This document shows, piece by piece, positions 1 to 8,325 of a DNA stretch of 32,000 nt (position 1 is its first letter; every line of letters starts with the position of its first letter). Position numbers and translations under genes: made by a program. Source of the stretch: Methylorubrum extorquens (GTDB lineage: Bacteria; Pseudomonadota; Alphaproteobacteria; Rhizobiales; Beijerinckiaceae); contig LT962688.1 of the NCBI GenBank assembly GCA_900234795.1, positions 30,001-62,000 of the forward strand, read 5' to 3'. The notes beneath the pieces were generated by a model. It did no database searches and was not told where the DNA came from. It saw nothing but the letters and a program-made list of their open reading frames with translations.

Positions 1-481
1 GCTGATGGCGCTGACCCGCAACCCCGGATCGTACGCCTGCGGCATCGACCTCGTCGGCCCGGCCAACCTCGAAACCCTGGTGCGGACGATCCCGCCCTAT
101 TGGGAGGCGATGCGGGCGCAGCTCCACCGCGCCATCGGCGATCCCGACACCGAGGAAGGCATGGCGCTGATCCGCGAGCGCTCCCCGGTTTATTTCGCCG
201 ACCGGATCAAGGCGCCGCTGCTGATCGTACAGGGCGCCAACGATCCGCGGGTGAAACAGGCCGAGTCGGACCAGATGGTCGCGGCGATGGAGCGCGGCGG
301 CATCCCCGTGACCTACCTGCTGTTTCCGGACGAGGGCCACGGCCTCGTGCGCCCGGCCAACCGGCTGGCCTTCTTCGCGCGTGCAGAAGAGTTCCTGGCA
401 CGCCATCTCGGCGGGCGCTGCGAGCCGATCCGCGAGGACGAATCGGCCGGGACGTCGATGCAGGTGGTGCGGGAGGGATAG
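1..481 (+). CDS. S9 family serine peptidase (prolyl oligopeptidase / acylaminoacyl-peptidase type), C-terminal fragment; the 5' end lies outside the window
   Basis: The frame is open from the window edge (codons from nt 2) to TAG at 479-481. The C-terminal alpha/beta-hydrolase motifs QGANDPRV and FPDEGHGL match the catalytic Asp/His region of S9 peptidases. Confidence 0.75.
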   Translation, partial: LMALTRNPGSYACGIDLVGPANLETLVRTIPPYWEAMRAQLHRAIGDPDTEEGMALIRERSPVYFADRIKAPLLIVQGANDPRVKQAESDQMVAAMERGGIPVTYLLFPDEGHGLVRPANRLAFFARAEEFLARHLGGRCEPIREDESAGTSMQVVREG

Positions 482-500
482 GCGCGCCTCCCGATCCCAT

Positions 501-531
501 GGCCATGCCGGCGGCCTTCGCCGGCATGGCC
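501..531. terminator. Perfect 13-bp stem hairpin between convergent genes (possible bidirectional terminator)
   Basis: GGCCATGCCGGCG (501-513), loop GCCTT, CGCCGGCATGGCC (519-531), followed by TGTCTTG. It sits between the stop at 481 (+) and the stop at 559 (-). Confidence 0.6.
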
Positions 532-558
532 TGTCTTGATGCGGAGATCCGCGTTCCG

Positions 559-906
559 TCAGGCGTCGAGCGTCTGATCCTCGTCCTCGTCGTCGATGTC
601 CACGAGGAAGACGATGTCGGCCTCGTCCTCGTCGTCCGAGCCGTCGCCTTCCGCTTCGTGCTGCGCGTCGGGCTCGAAATCGCCCTCGCCGTCATCGGAG
701 GCGAGCGCGTCCTCGAACTCTTCGATCTCGTCCTCATTGGCCTTGCGTACGATCAGGTCCGACGTGCCGTTCCAGATCGGCTGGCCGTCGATCGTCATCG
801 TGCGGATGTCTTCCTTGAAGCCGTCGCAGGTGAACAGGTCGCGGGCGGTCGCCTCGTCGCCGTTGATGACCGCGATCGCCTTGCCGTCGATCTCGAGCGT
901 GAACAT
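559..906 (-). CDS. Small, highly acidic hypothetical protein (115 aa)
   Basis: ATG at 906-904 (MFTLEIDGKAIAV...). Only the last 115 codons of track ORF 559..2355 look protein-like; the C-terminal half is Asp/Glu rich. The upstream part of that ORF is an Arg/Pro-rich shadow frame over the next gene. Confidence 0.55.
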   Translation of the reverse strand: MFTLEIDGKAIAVINGDEATARDLFTCDGFKEDIRTMTIDGQPIWNGTSDLIVRKANEDEIEEFEDALASDDGEGDFEPDAQHEAEGDGSDDEDEADIVFLVDIDDEDEDQTLDA

Positions 907-1091
907 CGGGACTGTCCTCGAAAGAGGGAAAAGAGCCGCGGGCCGACGGGCGGCACTGCGCGGGAAACCCGCACCGGACTGGCCGGGTTCGGCGGCGCTT
1001 GTAGGACGCCGGGGCCGGATTCGTCGATGGGCGAAAGCCGCGCGTTCAGGGCAATCGCCGCAAAGCGACGAACCACGCTCGCGAATTTGCT

Positions 1092-2126
1092 TCAGGTGCC
1101 GCTGCTGCCCCGCGAGACGGCCCGCTTCACGACGGCCTGAACCTCGCGGTTCGACAGGAACAGATCGTGGTTGAAGAGGCCGCCGCCGTAATCCGACGCA
1201 TCGGCCACGCGCACGCCCAGAGCCTCCAGGCGCTCCCGGTCGGCGGCGCCCGCACGGACGACGCCGCCGGCAATGGCGCCCGACAGTTCGAGCGCGCGGT
1301 CGTTCGTCGCCGAGATGACGGTGATGCGCTTGGCGTCCGGGCCCAGGCGCTCGACGCCGTTGGTGAACAGGTCGATGTCGATGTCGGGCGCGGCAAGTAC
1401 CACCGCGCCGATCCGGGCGACCGCCGCCTCGCCGGCCTCGGCCCGCAGCATGCGCAGCGTCTCCAGTGTGAGGAGCGTGCCCATCGAGTGGGCGACGATG
1501 TGGATGCGCCCGCCGCTCGGCGTGGTCGCCACGGTCTTCAAGAGGTCCTCGAACGCGTCGCGGGACCACAGCGCGCTCTCGCGGTCGTAGCCGTAATCGA
1601 AGGTCGCCGCCGCCGAGGGCCATGTAAACAGGGCCGATGCCCCGTTGAAGCGGATGCCGTCGGAGAGGCGGGCGGCGCTGATCGCGGCCGATTCGAAGCT
1701 TTCGCGGTAGCCGTGGACGTAGATCAGCACGTCGCGGCCGAAGGCGGATTGGGCGAAGGCCGCCGCCGCGCCCGACCCCGTCGTGACGTCGCCGACGGAG
1801 CGGACGCCCCAATCGCCGCCCACCACCGCCGAAACCTTGCCGATCAGTGAGCGGTCCGGCGCGGTCATGCGCGCCTCGGCAAAGCTCAGGCCCCGGCCGC
1901 GCTCCGAGCCGAAGAACGGCGCTTTGGGCGGATTGCCGGCGGCAGGGCGACGGGTGGTGGCGATGAGGAGCACCGGGCTCACGTCGAGCGCCGACTGCGT
2001 CTCGCCGACGGCGCCGGTGGCGAGCCCGTCCATCACGCAACCCGACAGGGCAGGGGAGAGTCCGGCCACGCCAGCCAACCCCATGAGGCGCAGGAGAGAG
2101 CGGCGGGTGGCGTCGGAGGGCTGCAT
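1092..2126 (-). CDS. Lipoprotein, alpha/beta hydrolase of the DUF900 type
   Basis: 344 aa. The N-terminus has a Tat-like RR motif and a lipobox (LSGC). Hydrolase motifs present are VLIYVHGY and the nucleophile elbow AHSMG. Confidence 0.7.
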   Translation of the reverse strand: MQPSDATRRSLLRLMGLAGVAGLSPALSGCVMDGLATGAVGETQSALDVSPVLLIATTRRPAAGNPPKAPFFGSERGRGLSFAEARMTAPDRSLIGKVSAVVGGDWGVRSVGDVTTGSGAAAAFAQSAFGRDVLIYVHGYRESFESAAISAARLSDGIRFNGASALFTWPSAAATFDYGYDRESALWSRDAFEDLLKTVATTPSGGRIHIVAHSMGTLLTLETLRMLRAEAGEAAVARIGAVVLAAPDIDIDLFTNGVERLGPDAKRITVISATNDRALELSGAIAGGVVRAGAADRERLEALGVRVADASDYGGGLFNHDLFLSNREVQAVVKRAVSRGSSGT

Positions 2127-2272
2127 GAGCGGTTTCGAGTCCCCGAGGAATCCCGCTCCGGTGGCAAGCCGGCGCTGGGCGCTCCTCCTTCACGCACGAT
2201 CTTGACCGTGGCGGGGCACGATTGGGGTTTTGGGCACTCGACGCCCGCGCGGCGCCCCGGCATGAAGGGGCC

Positions 2273-3262
2273 ATGAGCGCGACCCTTCCCGACATGGACA
2301 CACTCCGCGAGCGGCTTCTGGCCGGCGAGCGAGCGGCGCTTGCCCGCGCCATCACGCTGGCCGAGTCGCGCCGGGCCGATCACCGGGCGGCGGTGCGCGA
2401 CCTCATCGACGCGGTGCTGCCGCAGACGGGGCGGGCGATCCGCGTCGGCATCACCGGCGTGCCGGGCGTCGGCAAATCCACCACCATCGATGCGCTCGGC
2501 TCGCTCCTGACCGCGGCGGGCCACAAGGTGGCGGTGCTCGCCGTCGATCCATCCTCGACCCGCACCGGCGGCTCGATCCTCGGCGATAAGACGCGGATGG
2601 CGCGGCTCGCCATCGACCGCAACGCCTTCATCCGGCCCTCGCCCTCCTCGGGCACGCTCGGCGGCGTCGCGGCCAAGACCCGCGAGACCATGCTGCTGTG
2701 CGAGGCGGCCGGTTTCGACGTGATTCTGGTCGAGACCGTCGGCGTCGGCCAGTCGGAGACGGCGGTGGCCGATCTCACCGACTTCTTCCTCGTGCTGATG
2801 CTGCCGGGCGCCGGCGACGAACTTCAGGGCATCAAGAAGGGCATTCTCGAACTCGCCGACATGATCGCGGTCAACAAAGCCGACGATGGCGACGGCGAGC
2901 GGCGGGCGAATGCCGCCGCCTCCGAATACCGCGCCGCGCTTCACATTCTGACGCCGCCTTCCGCCACCTGGACGCCGCCGGTGGTCACGATCTCGGGCCT
3001 GCACGGCAAGGGGCTCGATTCCCTCTGGAGCCGGATCGAGGATCACCGCGCTAAGCTCACCGCAACAGGCGAGATCGCGGGCAAGCGCCGCGAGCAGGAC
3101 GTGAAGTGGATGTGGGCGCTCGTCCACGAGCGGCTGCACCAGCGCCTCGTCGGCAGCGCCGAGGTGAGGCAGGCCACCGCCGAGGCGGAGCGGGCCGTTG
3201 CGGGCGGTGAGCACTCGCCCGCTGCCGGCGCCGACGCGATCGCGACCCTGATCGGGTTGTGA
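2273..3262 (+). CDS. meaB: Methylmalonyl-CoA mutase-associated G3E GTPase MeaB (ArgK family)
   Basis: 329 aa from ATG 2273 (MSATLPDMDTL). It has the P-loop GVPGVGKST, the Walker B-like VILVETVGVGQSE and the NKAD guanine-specificity motif. Confidence 0.9.
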   Translation: MSATLPDMDTLRERLLAGERAALARAITLAESRRADHRAAVRDLIDAVLPQTGRAIRVGITGVPGVGKSTTIDALGSLLTAAGHKVAVLAVDPSSTRTGGSILGDKTRMARLAIDRNAFIRPSPSSGTLGGVAAKTRETMLLCEAAGFDVILVETVGVGQSETAVADLTDFFLVLMLPGAGDELQGIKKGILELADMIAVNKADDGDGERRANAAASEYRAALHILTPPSATWTPPVVTISGLHGKGLDSLWSRIEDHRAKLTATGEIAGKRREQDVKWMWALVHERLHQRLVGSAEVRQATAEAERAVAGGEHSPAAGADAIATLIGL

Positions 3263-3876
3263 GCCATCTGCTCATCACGGGCTTCGGCCCGTTCCCGACC
3301 GTGCCCGACAATCCGAGCGCCCGCCTCGCGCGGCGCGTGGCGGCCTCGCCGCATCTGCGCCGCCTCCTCGGCCACGCGCCCGACTGCCTCGTGCTGGAGA
3401 CGTGCTACGGCGCCCTCGACACGCAACTCGCCCCGGCTCTGGCGAGGCGGCCGCGTGCCGTGCTGATGATCGGCGTCGCCGCGCGCCGGTCCCGCGTCTG
3501 CGTCGAGTCGCGGGCGGTCAACCGGGTCAGCCGGCTGTTTCCCGATGCGAGTGGGGCTGTGGGGCGCTTCCTCGCCTTCGAGCCGGATGGACCGGCGCAG
3601 CGGCGGAGCGGGGCGGCGGCGCAGGTGCGGGTCGCCCTGCAGCGCGCCCGACTCGATGCCGCCGCGTCACGCGATGCCGGACGCTACCTGTGCAACGCTT
3701 CGTATTATCGGGTTCTGGCGACGGGGTGCCCGGCGGTTTTCGTGCACATTCCGATGCCGCCGCGCACCCGCCGTCCGGGGGCCGGCGGAGGCCGCCGGCC
3801 CGCGCTCGATCGATGGACCGAAGCCTTGATCGAGGCGGCGCGGGTGCTCGCCCTGCGGGGCAGGGCGCAGCCTTAG
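3259..3876 (+). CDS. Peptidase C15 (pyroglutamyl-peptidase I)-like protein
   Basis: The GTG start at 3259 overlaps the meaB stop (GTGA). Family motifs present are the N-terminal ITGFGPF, DAGRYLCN (catalytic Cys region) and FVHIP (His region). Confidence 0.7.
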   Translation: MSHLLITGFGPFPTVPDNPSARLARRVAASPHLRRLLGHAPDCLVLETCYGALDTQLAPALARRPRAVLMIGVAARRSRVCVESRAVNRVSRLFPDASGAVGRFLAFEPDGPAQRRSGAAAQVRVALQRARLDAAASRDAGRYLCNASYYRVLATGCPAVFVHIPMPPRTRRPGAGGGRRPALDRWTEALIEAARVLALRGRAQP

Positions 3877-3883
3877 CGGGTGT

Positions 3884-4489
3884 TTAGGCCCACTCGCGCT
3901 GAGCGAGCTTCGCCTCGTAGGCGTCGATCGCCGGAGCCTTCTGGTCGAGGGTCAGGCCGATCTCGTCGAGGCCGTTGAGCAGGTTGTGCTTGCGACCCTC
4001 GTCGATGTCGAAATGCAGGGTGCCGCCGTCGGGGCCCTTGATGGTCTGCGCCGCCAGATCGATCGTCAGCGTCGCGTTGGCGCCGCGTTCCGCATCCTGG
4101 AACAGCTTCTCCAGATCCTCCGATGAGACAACGATCGCGAGGATGCCGTTCTTGGCGCAGTTGTTGAAGAAGATGTCGGCGAAGCTCGTGGAGATGACGC
4201 AGCGGATGCCGAAATCAGCCAGCGCCCAGGGTGCGTGCTCGCGCGAGGAGCCGCAGCCGAAATTGTCGCCGACCACGAGGGTCTTGGCGTGGCGGTAGGC
4301 CGGCTGGTTGAGGACGAAATCGGGATTCTCCGAGCCGTCGTCGTTGTAGCGCATCTCCGAGAACAGGCCCTGGCCGAGCCCGGTGCGCTTGATCGTCTTG
4401 AGATACTGCTTGGGGATGATGCGGTCGGTATCGATGTTGATGATCCGCATGGGCGCGGCGACGCCCTCCAGGGTCGTGAACTTTTCCAT
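3884..4489 (-). CDS. leuD: 3-isopropylmalate dehydratase small subunit
   Basis: 201 aa, with the [14 protein letters not shown]...[13 protein letters not shown]...[17 protein letters not shown] pattern typical of LeuD. Confidence 0.9.
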   Translation of the reverse strand: MEKFTTLEGVAAPMRIINIDTDRIIPKQYLKTIKRTGLGQGLFSEMRYNDDGSENPDFVLNQPAYRHAKTLVVGDNFGCGSSREHAPWALADFGIRCVISTSFADIFFNNCAKNGILAIVVSSEDLEKLFQDAERGANATLTIDLAAQTIKGPDGGTLHFDIDEGRKHNLLNGLDEIGLTLDQKAPAIDAYEAKLAQREWA

Positions 4490-4648
4490 CGGTCTTCTCG
4501 AAATCGTCGTCGGCGGCCGGGTATCAATCCTGCGGCCTTGTGCGCCGGTATTTAGCAGTCCGAGCGCCCCGCCGGTAGCCGCTCCGTTTCAGCCGGCATT
4601 GCGCTTGCGTTATGATAGGATGGGTCGCGAAGGGGGATAGCGAGACCG

Positions 4649-4822
4649 ATGGCCGACACGTCAGACACTTTCAAGAAGGCGCCCAAGCGTAAGCCCGCCA
4701 AGGGCAAGAGCGTGAGCGTTTCCCCCGAGATGCGCCAAGCCTATGCCGACCTGATCAAGGAGCGCGAGGAGAAGGAGCAGGCCTATGGCCGCCACCTGCG
4801 CAAGGACGAGCCCCGGCGGTGA
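4649..4822 (+). CDS. Small basic hypothetical protein (57 aa), below the ORF-track length cutoff
   Basis: ATG at 4649 is preceded by AGGGGGA (4631-4637). It translates as MADTSDTFKKAPKRKPAKGKSVSVSPEMRQAYADLIKEREEKEQAYGRHLRKDEPRR with TGA at 4820-4822. Its GC3 matches the host. I recognise no homology. Confidence 0.35.
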   Translation: MADTSDTFKKAPKRKPAKGKSVSVSPEMRQAYADLIKEREEKEQAYGRHLRKDEPRR

Positions 4823-4835
4823 CGGCGCTGAAATC

Positions 4836-5897
4836 CTAAACCGCCCTGAGTGCCGGCCCGCGCCGGACGAAGCCGACGATGTCCTTGACCGCATCCAGCG
4901 TCGGCGCCGCGATCGCCTCGGCCCGGCCCGCGCCGTCTCCGAGAACGGAATCGATATAGGCCGGATCGGCGACGAGCCGCTTCATCTCGGCCCCGATCGG
5001 GGCCAGCGTTTCGACGGCAAGATCGACCAGAGCCGGCTTGAAGCTCGAGAACTGCGCTCCGCCGAAATCCGCCAGCACTTCGTCGCGGGTGATGCCGCGT
5101 AGTGCCGCGAAGATGCCGACGAGGTTGTCCGCCTCCGGCCGGCCGGCCAGGCCCGCGACCTCCGAGGGGAGGGGCTCCGGATCGGTCTTGGCCTTGCGCA
5201 CCTTCTGGGCGATGGCGTCGGCATCGTCGGTGAGCGCGATGCGCGAATACTCGGACGGGTCCGACTTCGACATCTTCTTGGTGCCGTCGCGTAGGGACAT
5301 CACGCGCGCCGCCGGCCCGCCGATCAGCGGTTCGGTGATCGGGAAGAACTGTTCGCCGTGGCCATGCGCCAGGATTGACCCCGCGAAGTCGTTGTTGAAC
5401 TTCTGCGCGATGTCGCGGGTCAGTTCGAGGTGCTGCTTCTGATCCTCTCCCACAGGCACATGCGTGGCGCGATAAGCGAGGATGTCGGCGGCCATCAGCA
5501 CGGGGTAATCGTAGAGACCAATGGAGGCGTTCTCCCGGTCCTTGCCGGCCTTGTCCTTGAACTGCGTCATGCGGTTGAGCCAGCCGAGGCGGGCGACGCA
5601 GTTGAAGATCCAGGCAAGTTCCGCGTGCTGCGGCACCTGGGACTGGTTGAAGACGATGGAGCGCTTCGGATCGATGCCGGCGGCGAGGAAGGCTGCCGTC
5701 ACTTCGCGGATCTGGCCCTTGAGCGCCTCCGGGTCCTGCCACATCGTGATCGCGTGGAGATCGACCACGCAATAAAGGCACTGCGCGTCGCGCGCCTGCA
5801 TCTCCACGAAGCGCTTGATGGCGCCGAGATAATTGCCGAGGTGCAGGTTCCCGGTCGGCTGGACGCCGGAGAACACGAGTTCGGTGAACGCGGCCAT
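4836..5897 (-). CDS. trpS: Tryptophan--tRNA ligase
   Basis: 353 aa from ATG 5897 ([26 protein letters not shown]). It has a HIGH-type motif and the KMSKS motif (KKMSKSDP). The 26 codons upstream in the track ORF are unlikely to be translated. Confidence 0.9.
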   Translation of the reverse strand: MAAFTELVFSGVQPTGNLHLGNYLGAIKRFVEMQARDAQCLYCVVDLHAITMWQDPEALKGQIREVTAAFLAAGIDPKRSIVFNQSQVPQHAELAWIFNCVARLGWLNRMTQFKDKAGKDRENASIGLYDYPVLMAADILAYRATHVPVGEDQKQHLELTRDIAQKFNNDFAGSILAHGHGEQFFPITEPLIGGPAARVMSLRDGTKKMSKSDPSEYSRIALTDDADAIAQKVRKAKTDPEPLPSEVAGLAGRPEADNLVGIFAALRGITRDEVLADFGGAQFSSFKPALVDLAVETLAPIGAEMKRLVADPAYIDSVLGDGAGRAEAIAAPTLDAVKDIVGFVRRGPALRAV

Positions 5898-6048
5898 CGG
5901 CGCGGGTCCCTGGAAAGAAGGTCCGGGCCGAGGCAATCTCGCATCCCGCTTGAAGCGGCGGTTTCTGGCACCCACAGCGGCGGCCGGTCAAGCAGGATGG
6001 GCCGCGCTCGGGCGCTCCCCATCCCGCGGCCACATCATCCGTGAGCGA

Positions 6049-6378
6049 TTACGACGCCCGCGCCGCGTAGGCGTTCATGATCGCGGAGAGCAGGCCGGGG
6101 AACCGCGTCTCCACTTCGGCGCAGCGCGAGTGGTTGCGCATCTCGACGCCGTGACGCTCGCAGCGGATCAGGCCGGCCTCGCGCAAAACCTTGAAGTGGC
6201 TCGACAGCGACGATTTCGGGATCACCTGATCGCCCACCGATGAGAGGGCCGAGCACGCTTCCACGCAGCCCGCCTTCGTGATCCGGGCGAAGATGGCCGC
6301 CCGGCGCGGATCGGACAGGGCGTGGAGGATCGCCTCCGGCTGGACGTCCTCGATCGCGGGGTGAAACAGGGGCCTCAT
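6049..6378 (-). CDS. ArsR/SmtB family transcriptional regulator
   Basis: 109 aa with a winged-HTH signature: LSDPRRAAIFARI ... SSLSSHFKVLREAGLI. It is divergent from the SDR gene. Confidence 0.8.
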   Translation of the reverse strand: MRPLFHPAIEDVQPEAILHALSDPRRAAIFARITKAGCVEACSALSSVGDQVIPKSSLSSHFKVLREAGLIRCERHGVEMRNHSRCAEVETRFPGLLSAIMNAYAARAS

Positions 6379-6414
6379 GATTTATCCATATGGGGGCTTG
6401 AACCCCGCTTCGTT

Positions 6415-6433
6415 AGTTCCGAAATTCCGAACT
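6415..6433. promoter_or_regulatory. Candidate ArsR-family operator (imperfect 9-1-9 inverted repeat)
   Basis: AGTTCCGAA-A-TTCCGAACT has one mismatch per arm. It lies in the 108-bp divergent spacer between the ArsR gene (start 6378) and the SDR gene (start 6487). Confidence 0.35.
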
Positions 6434-6486
6434 ATGGGACCGAGGTGACCGTACCGGCGCCGGCCCATGTCGAAGGGTTAGCACAG

Positions 6487-7233
6487 ATGTCAAAGCTTGC
6501 GGGCAAGGTCGCGGTCGTCACCGGCGCGTCGAAGGGGATCGGCGCCGCCATCGCGAAGGCATTGGCGAAGGATGGCGCGGCCGTCGTCGTCAACTACGCA
6601 TCGAGCAAGGCCGGCGCGGATGCCGTCGTCGAAGCCATCACGGCCGCCGGCGGCAAGGCCATCGCGGTCCAGGCCGATGTCTCGCAGGCCGTGGAGGCGC
6701 GGGGCTTGGTCGAGGCGGCGGTGCAGCAATTCGGCTGGCTCGACGTGCTGGTGAACAATTCCGGCGTCTACGAATTCGCGGCGATCGAAGAAGTGACCGA
6801 AGAGCATTACCGCCGCATCTTCGACGTCAACGTGCTGGGCGTCTTGCTCGCGACCCAGGCAGCATCAAAACACCTGGGAGAGGGCGGGAGCATCATCAAC
6901 ATCTCGTCTGTCGTCACCGACGTGCTGATGCCGACGAGTGCAGTCTATAGCGGAACCAAGGGGGCTCTGAATGCGATCTCGGGCGTCCTCGCCAACGAGC
7001 TCGCCCCGCGCAAGATCAGGGTCAACGTCGTCAGCCCCGGCTACGTCGTGACCGAGGGCACCCACACCGCCGGCATCGCCGGCTCGGAAATGGAGGCCGG
7101 CCTCGTCGCACAGACACCGCTCGGCCGATCCGGCCAGCCGGACGACATCGCCGGGGTCGTCGCGTTCCTCGCCTCCGACGATGCCCGCTGGGTGACCGGC
7201 GAGGTGATCAACGCCAGCGGCGGCGTTCGCTGA
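6487..7233 (+). CDS. Short-chain dehydrogenase/reductase (FabG-like oxidoreductase)
   Basis: 248 aa from ATG 6487 (MSKLAGKVAVVTGASKGIGAAIA). It has the TGxxxGIG cofactor motif, NNSG, and the catalytic YSGTK (YxxxK). Confidence 0.85.
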   Translation: MSKLAGKVAVVTGASKGIGAAIAKALAKDGAAVVVNYASSKAGADAVVEAITAAGGKAIAVQADVSQAVEARGLVEAAVQQFGWLDVLVNNSGVYEFAAIEEVTEEHYRRIFDVNVLGVLLATQAASKHLGEGGSIINISSVVTDVLMPTSAVYSGTKGALNAISGVLANELAPRKIRVNVVSPGYVVTEGTHTAGIAGSEMEAGLVAQTPLGRSGQPDDIAGVVAFLASDDARWVTGEVINASGGVR

Positions 7234-7247
7234 GGCGCTGCGTTTCT

Positions 7248-7276
7248 TCCTGCGCCCCCGCGACGGGGGCGCAGGA
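7248..7276 (+). terminator. Stem-loop downstream of the SDR gene
   Basis: TCCTGCGCCCCCG / loop CGA / CGGGGGCGCAGGA forms a 13-bp stem starting 15 nt after the stop. There is no U-tract, so its function is uncertain. Confidence 0.45.
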
Positions 7277-7529
7277 GGAAACCTCAAGGGAGGCGGGCCG
7301 GCCCTATTCCGTCATCGTCGGCCTGCGTCGTTTCAACGATTCCTGCGGGAGGCGGGCCCCCTTCAGTTGGTGCGTGGCGCCGCAAACGGTCTCGACCCAA
7401 GCCCGTTCGGGGCTCTCGCCGCATGCGGCCCTTGGTGAGCTTGACGGTAGGCTCGGAGAACGGACAATCACGCTCCAGCCCTGACACCCCAAGCCGACGA
7501 GGGGCGATGCTGCGGGCGGAAGATAGATC

Positions 7530-8216
7530 GTGATCCGACATACGCGCCTCCTCCTCGCTGCCCTGTATCTGATCGCGACAGGCGCGCGGGCCTCCGCCGA
7601 GCCGGTGCAGGACGGTCAGCTCTGGGTCAACACGACCCTGTTCGGGTCCGTCGGCGATGTGGCCTACTTCGCGGAAGTTCAGCCGCGGATCGGCAACGGC
7701 ATCTCGCAGCTCGACCAGATCATTCTACGCCCGGCGGTGGGCTGGAAGGTCAACGAAGCGCTCGTGCTCTACCAGGGCTACGCCTATGTCGAAGACCACG
7801 GCATGCGTGAAAATGTGCGGATCGAGGATCGCAGCTTTCAGGAGATCAACTGGAAGATCGGAGAGTTCTCCGGCGTAAAGGTCTCATCCCGCACCCGCTT
7901 CGAGCAGCGATGGCAATCGGCCGGGCGGGATGTGGGGTTTCGGCTGCGCGAGAATCTGCGTTTCGCGATGCCGCTGCCGCAGGGTTGGGGCGGCGTCTCG
8001 GCCGTCGGCTGGACAGAACTCTTCGTGGCCCTGAACGACACGGATTGGGGCACCCGTGCCGGCTTCGACCGCGTCCGGGCCTTCATCGGCCTCGAACTGC
8101 CGATCGGTGGGAAATCAACGGTCGAGATCGGCTACCTGAACCAGACGGCCCGGACGCAGGCCAGCGGGATCGAGCTGGATCACATCCTGTCGCTCAATCT
8201 CTTCGTTCGATACTGA
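7530..8216 (+). CDS. DUF2490-like secreted / outer-membrane protein
   Basis: 228 aa from GTG at 7530. It has a signal peptide (MIRHTRLLLAALYLIATGARASA) and alternating beta-strand-like composition ending in an aromatic residue (LFVRY). The family assignment is from memory. Confidence 0.6.
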   Translation: MIRHTRLLLAALYLIATGARASAEPVQDGQLWVNTTLFGSVGDVAYFAEVQPRIGNGISQLDQIILRPAVGWKVNEALVLYQGYAYVEDHGMRENVRIEDRSFQEINWKIGEFSGVKVSSRTRFEQRWQSAGRDVGFRLRENLRFAMPLPQGWGGVSAVGWTELFVALNDTDWGTRAGFDRVRAFIGLELPIGGKSTVEIGYLNQTARTQASGIELDHILSLNLFVRY

Positions 8217-8325
8217 CAGGCGCCCCGCGCCGCGACCGACGCCGGCTCGGCGAGGATCGCGGACATCGATGCTGGGGAGCGGTGACGATCCGTTCGGCAC
8301 CACTCCCGGTCCATCGCGGCGGACT

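Noticed and set aside
907-2355. The upstream 480 codons of the 598-aa track ORF 559..2355 (-)
   Set aside because: The translation is Arg/Pro/Gly-rich nonsense overlapping the well-supported DUF900 lipoprotein gene in another frame. Only the last 115 codons, from ATG 906, look like a protein.
2033-3214. Long antisense ORFs opposite real genes: 2033..3214, 9075..10433, 12282..13616, 15368..17590, 18591..20045, 20376..21218, 22589..23758, 24232..25293, 25576..27249 and 27303..28079
   Set aside because: These are typical GC-rich shadow ORFs with Arg/Ala/Gly/Pro/His-rich translations and no recognisable motifs. Each lies opposite a gene that has strong family signatures.
7284-7541. Track ORFs 7284..7541 and 7304..7492 (-) considered as functional genes
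   Set aside because: They are short and overlap each other and the DUF2490 start. They have no SD sequence and odd composition. At most they are a degraded transposase scar, which is listed as a low-interest finding.
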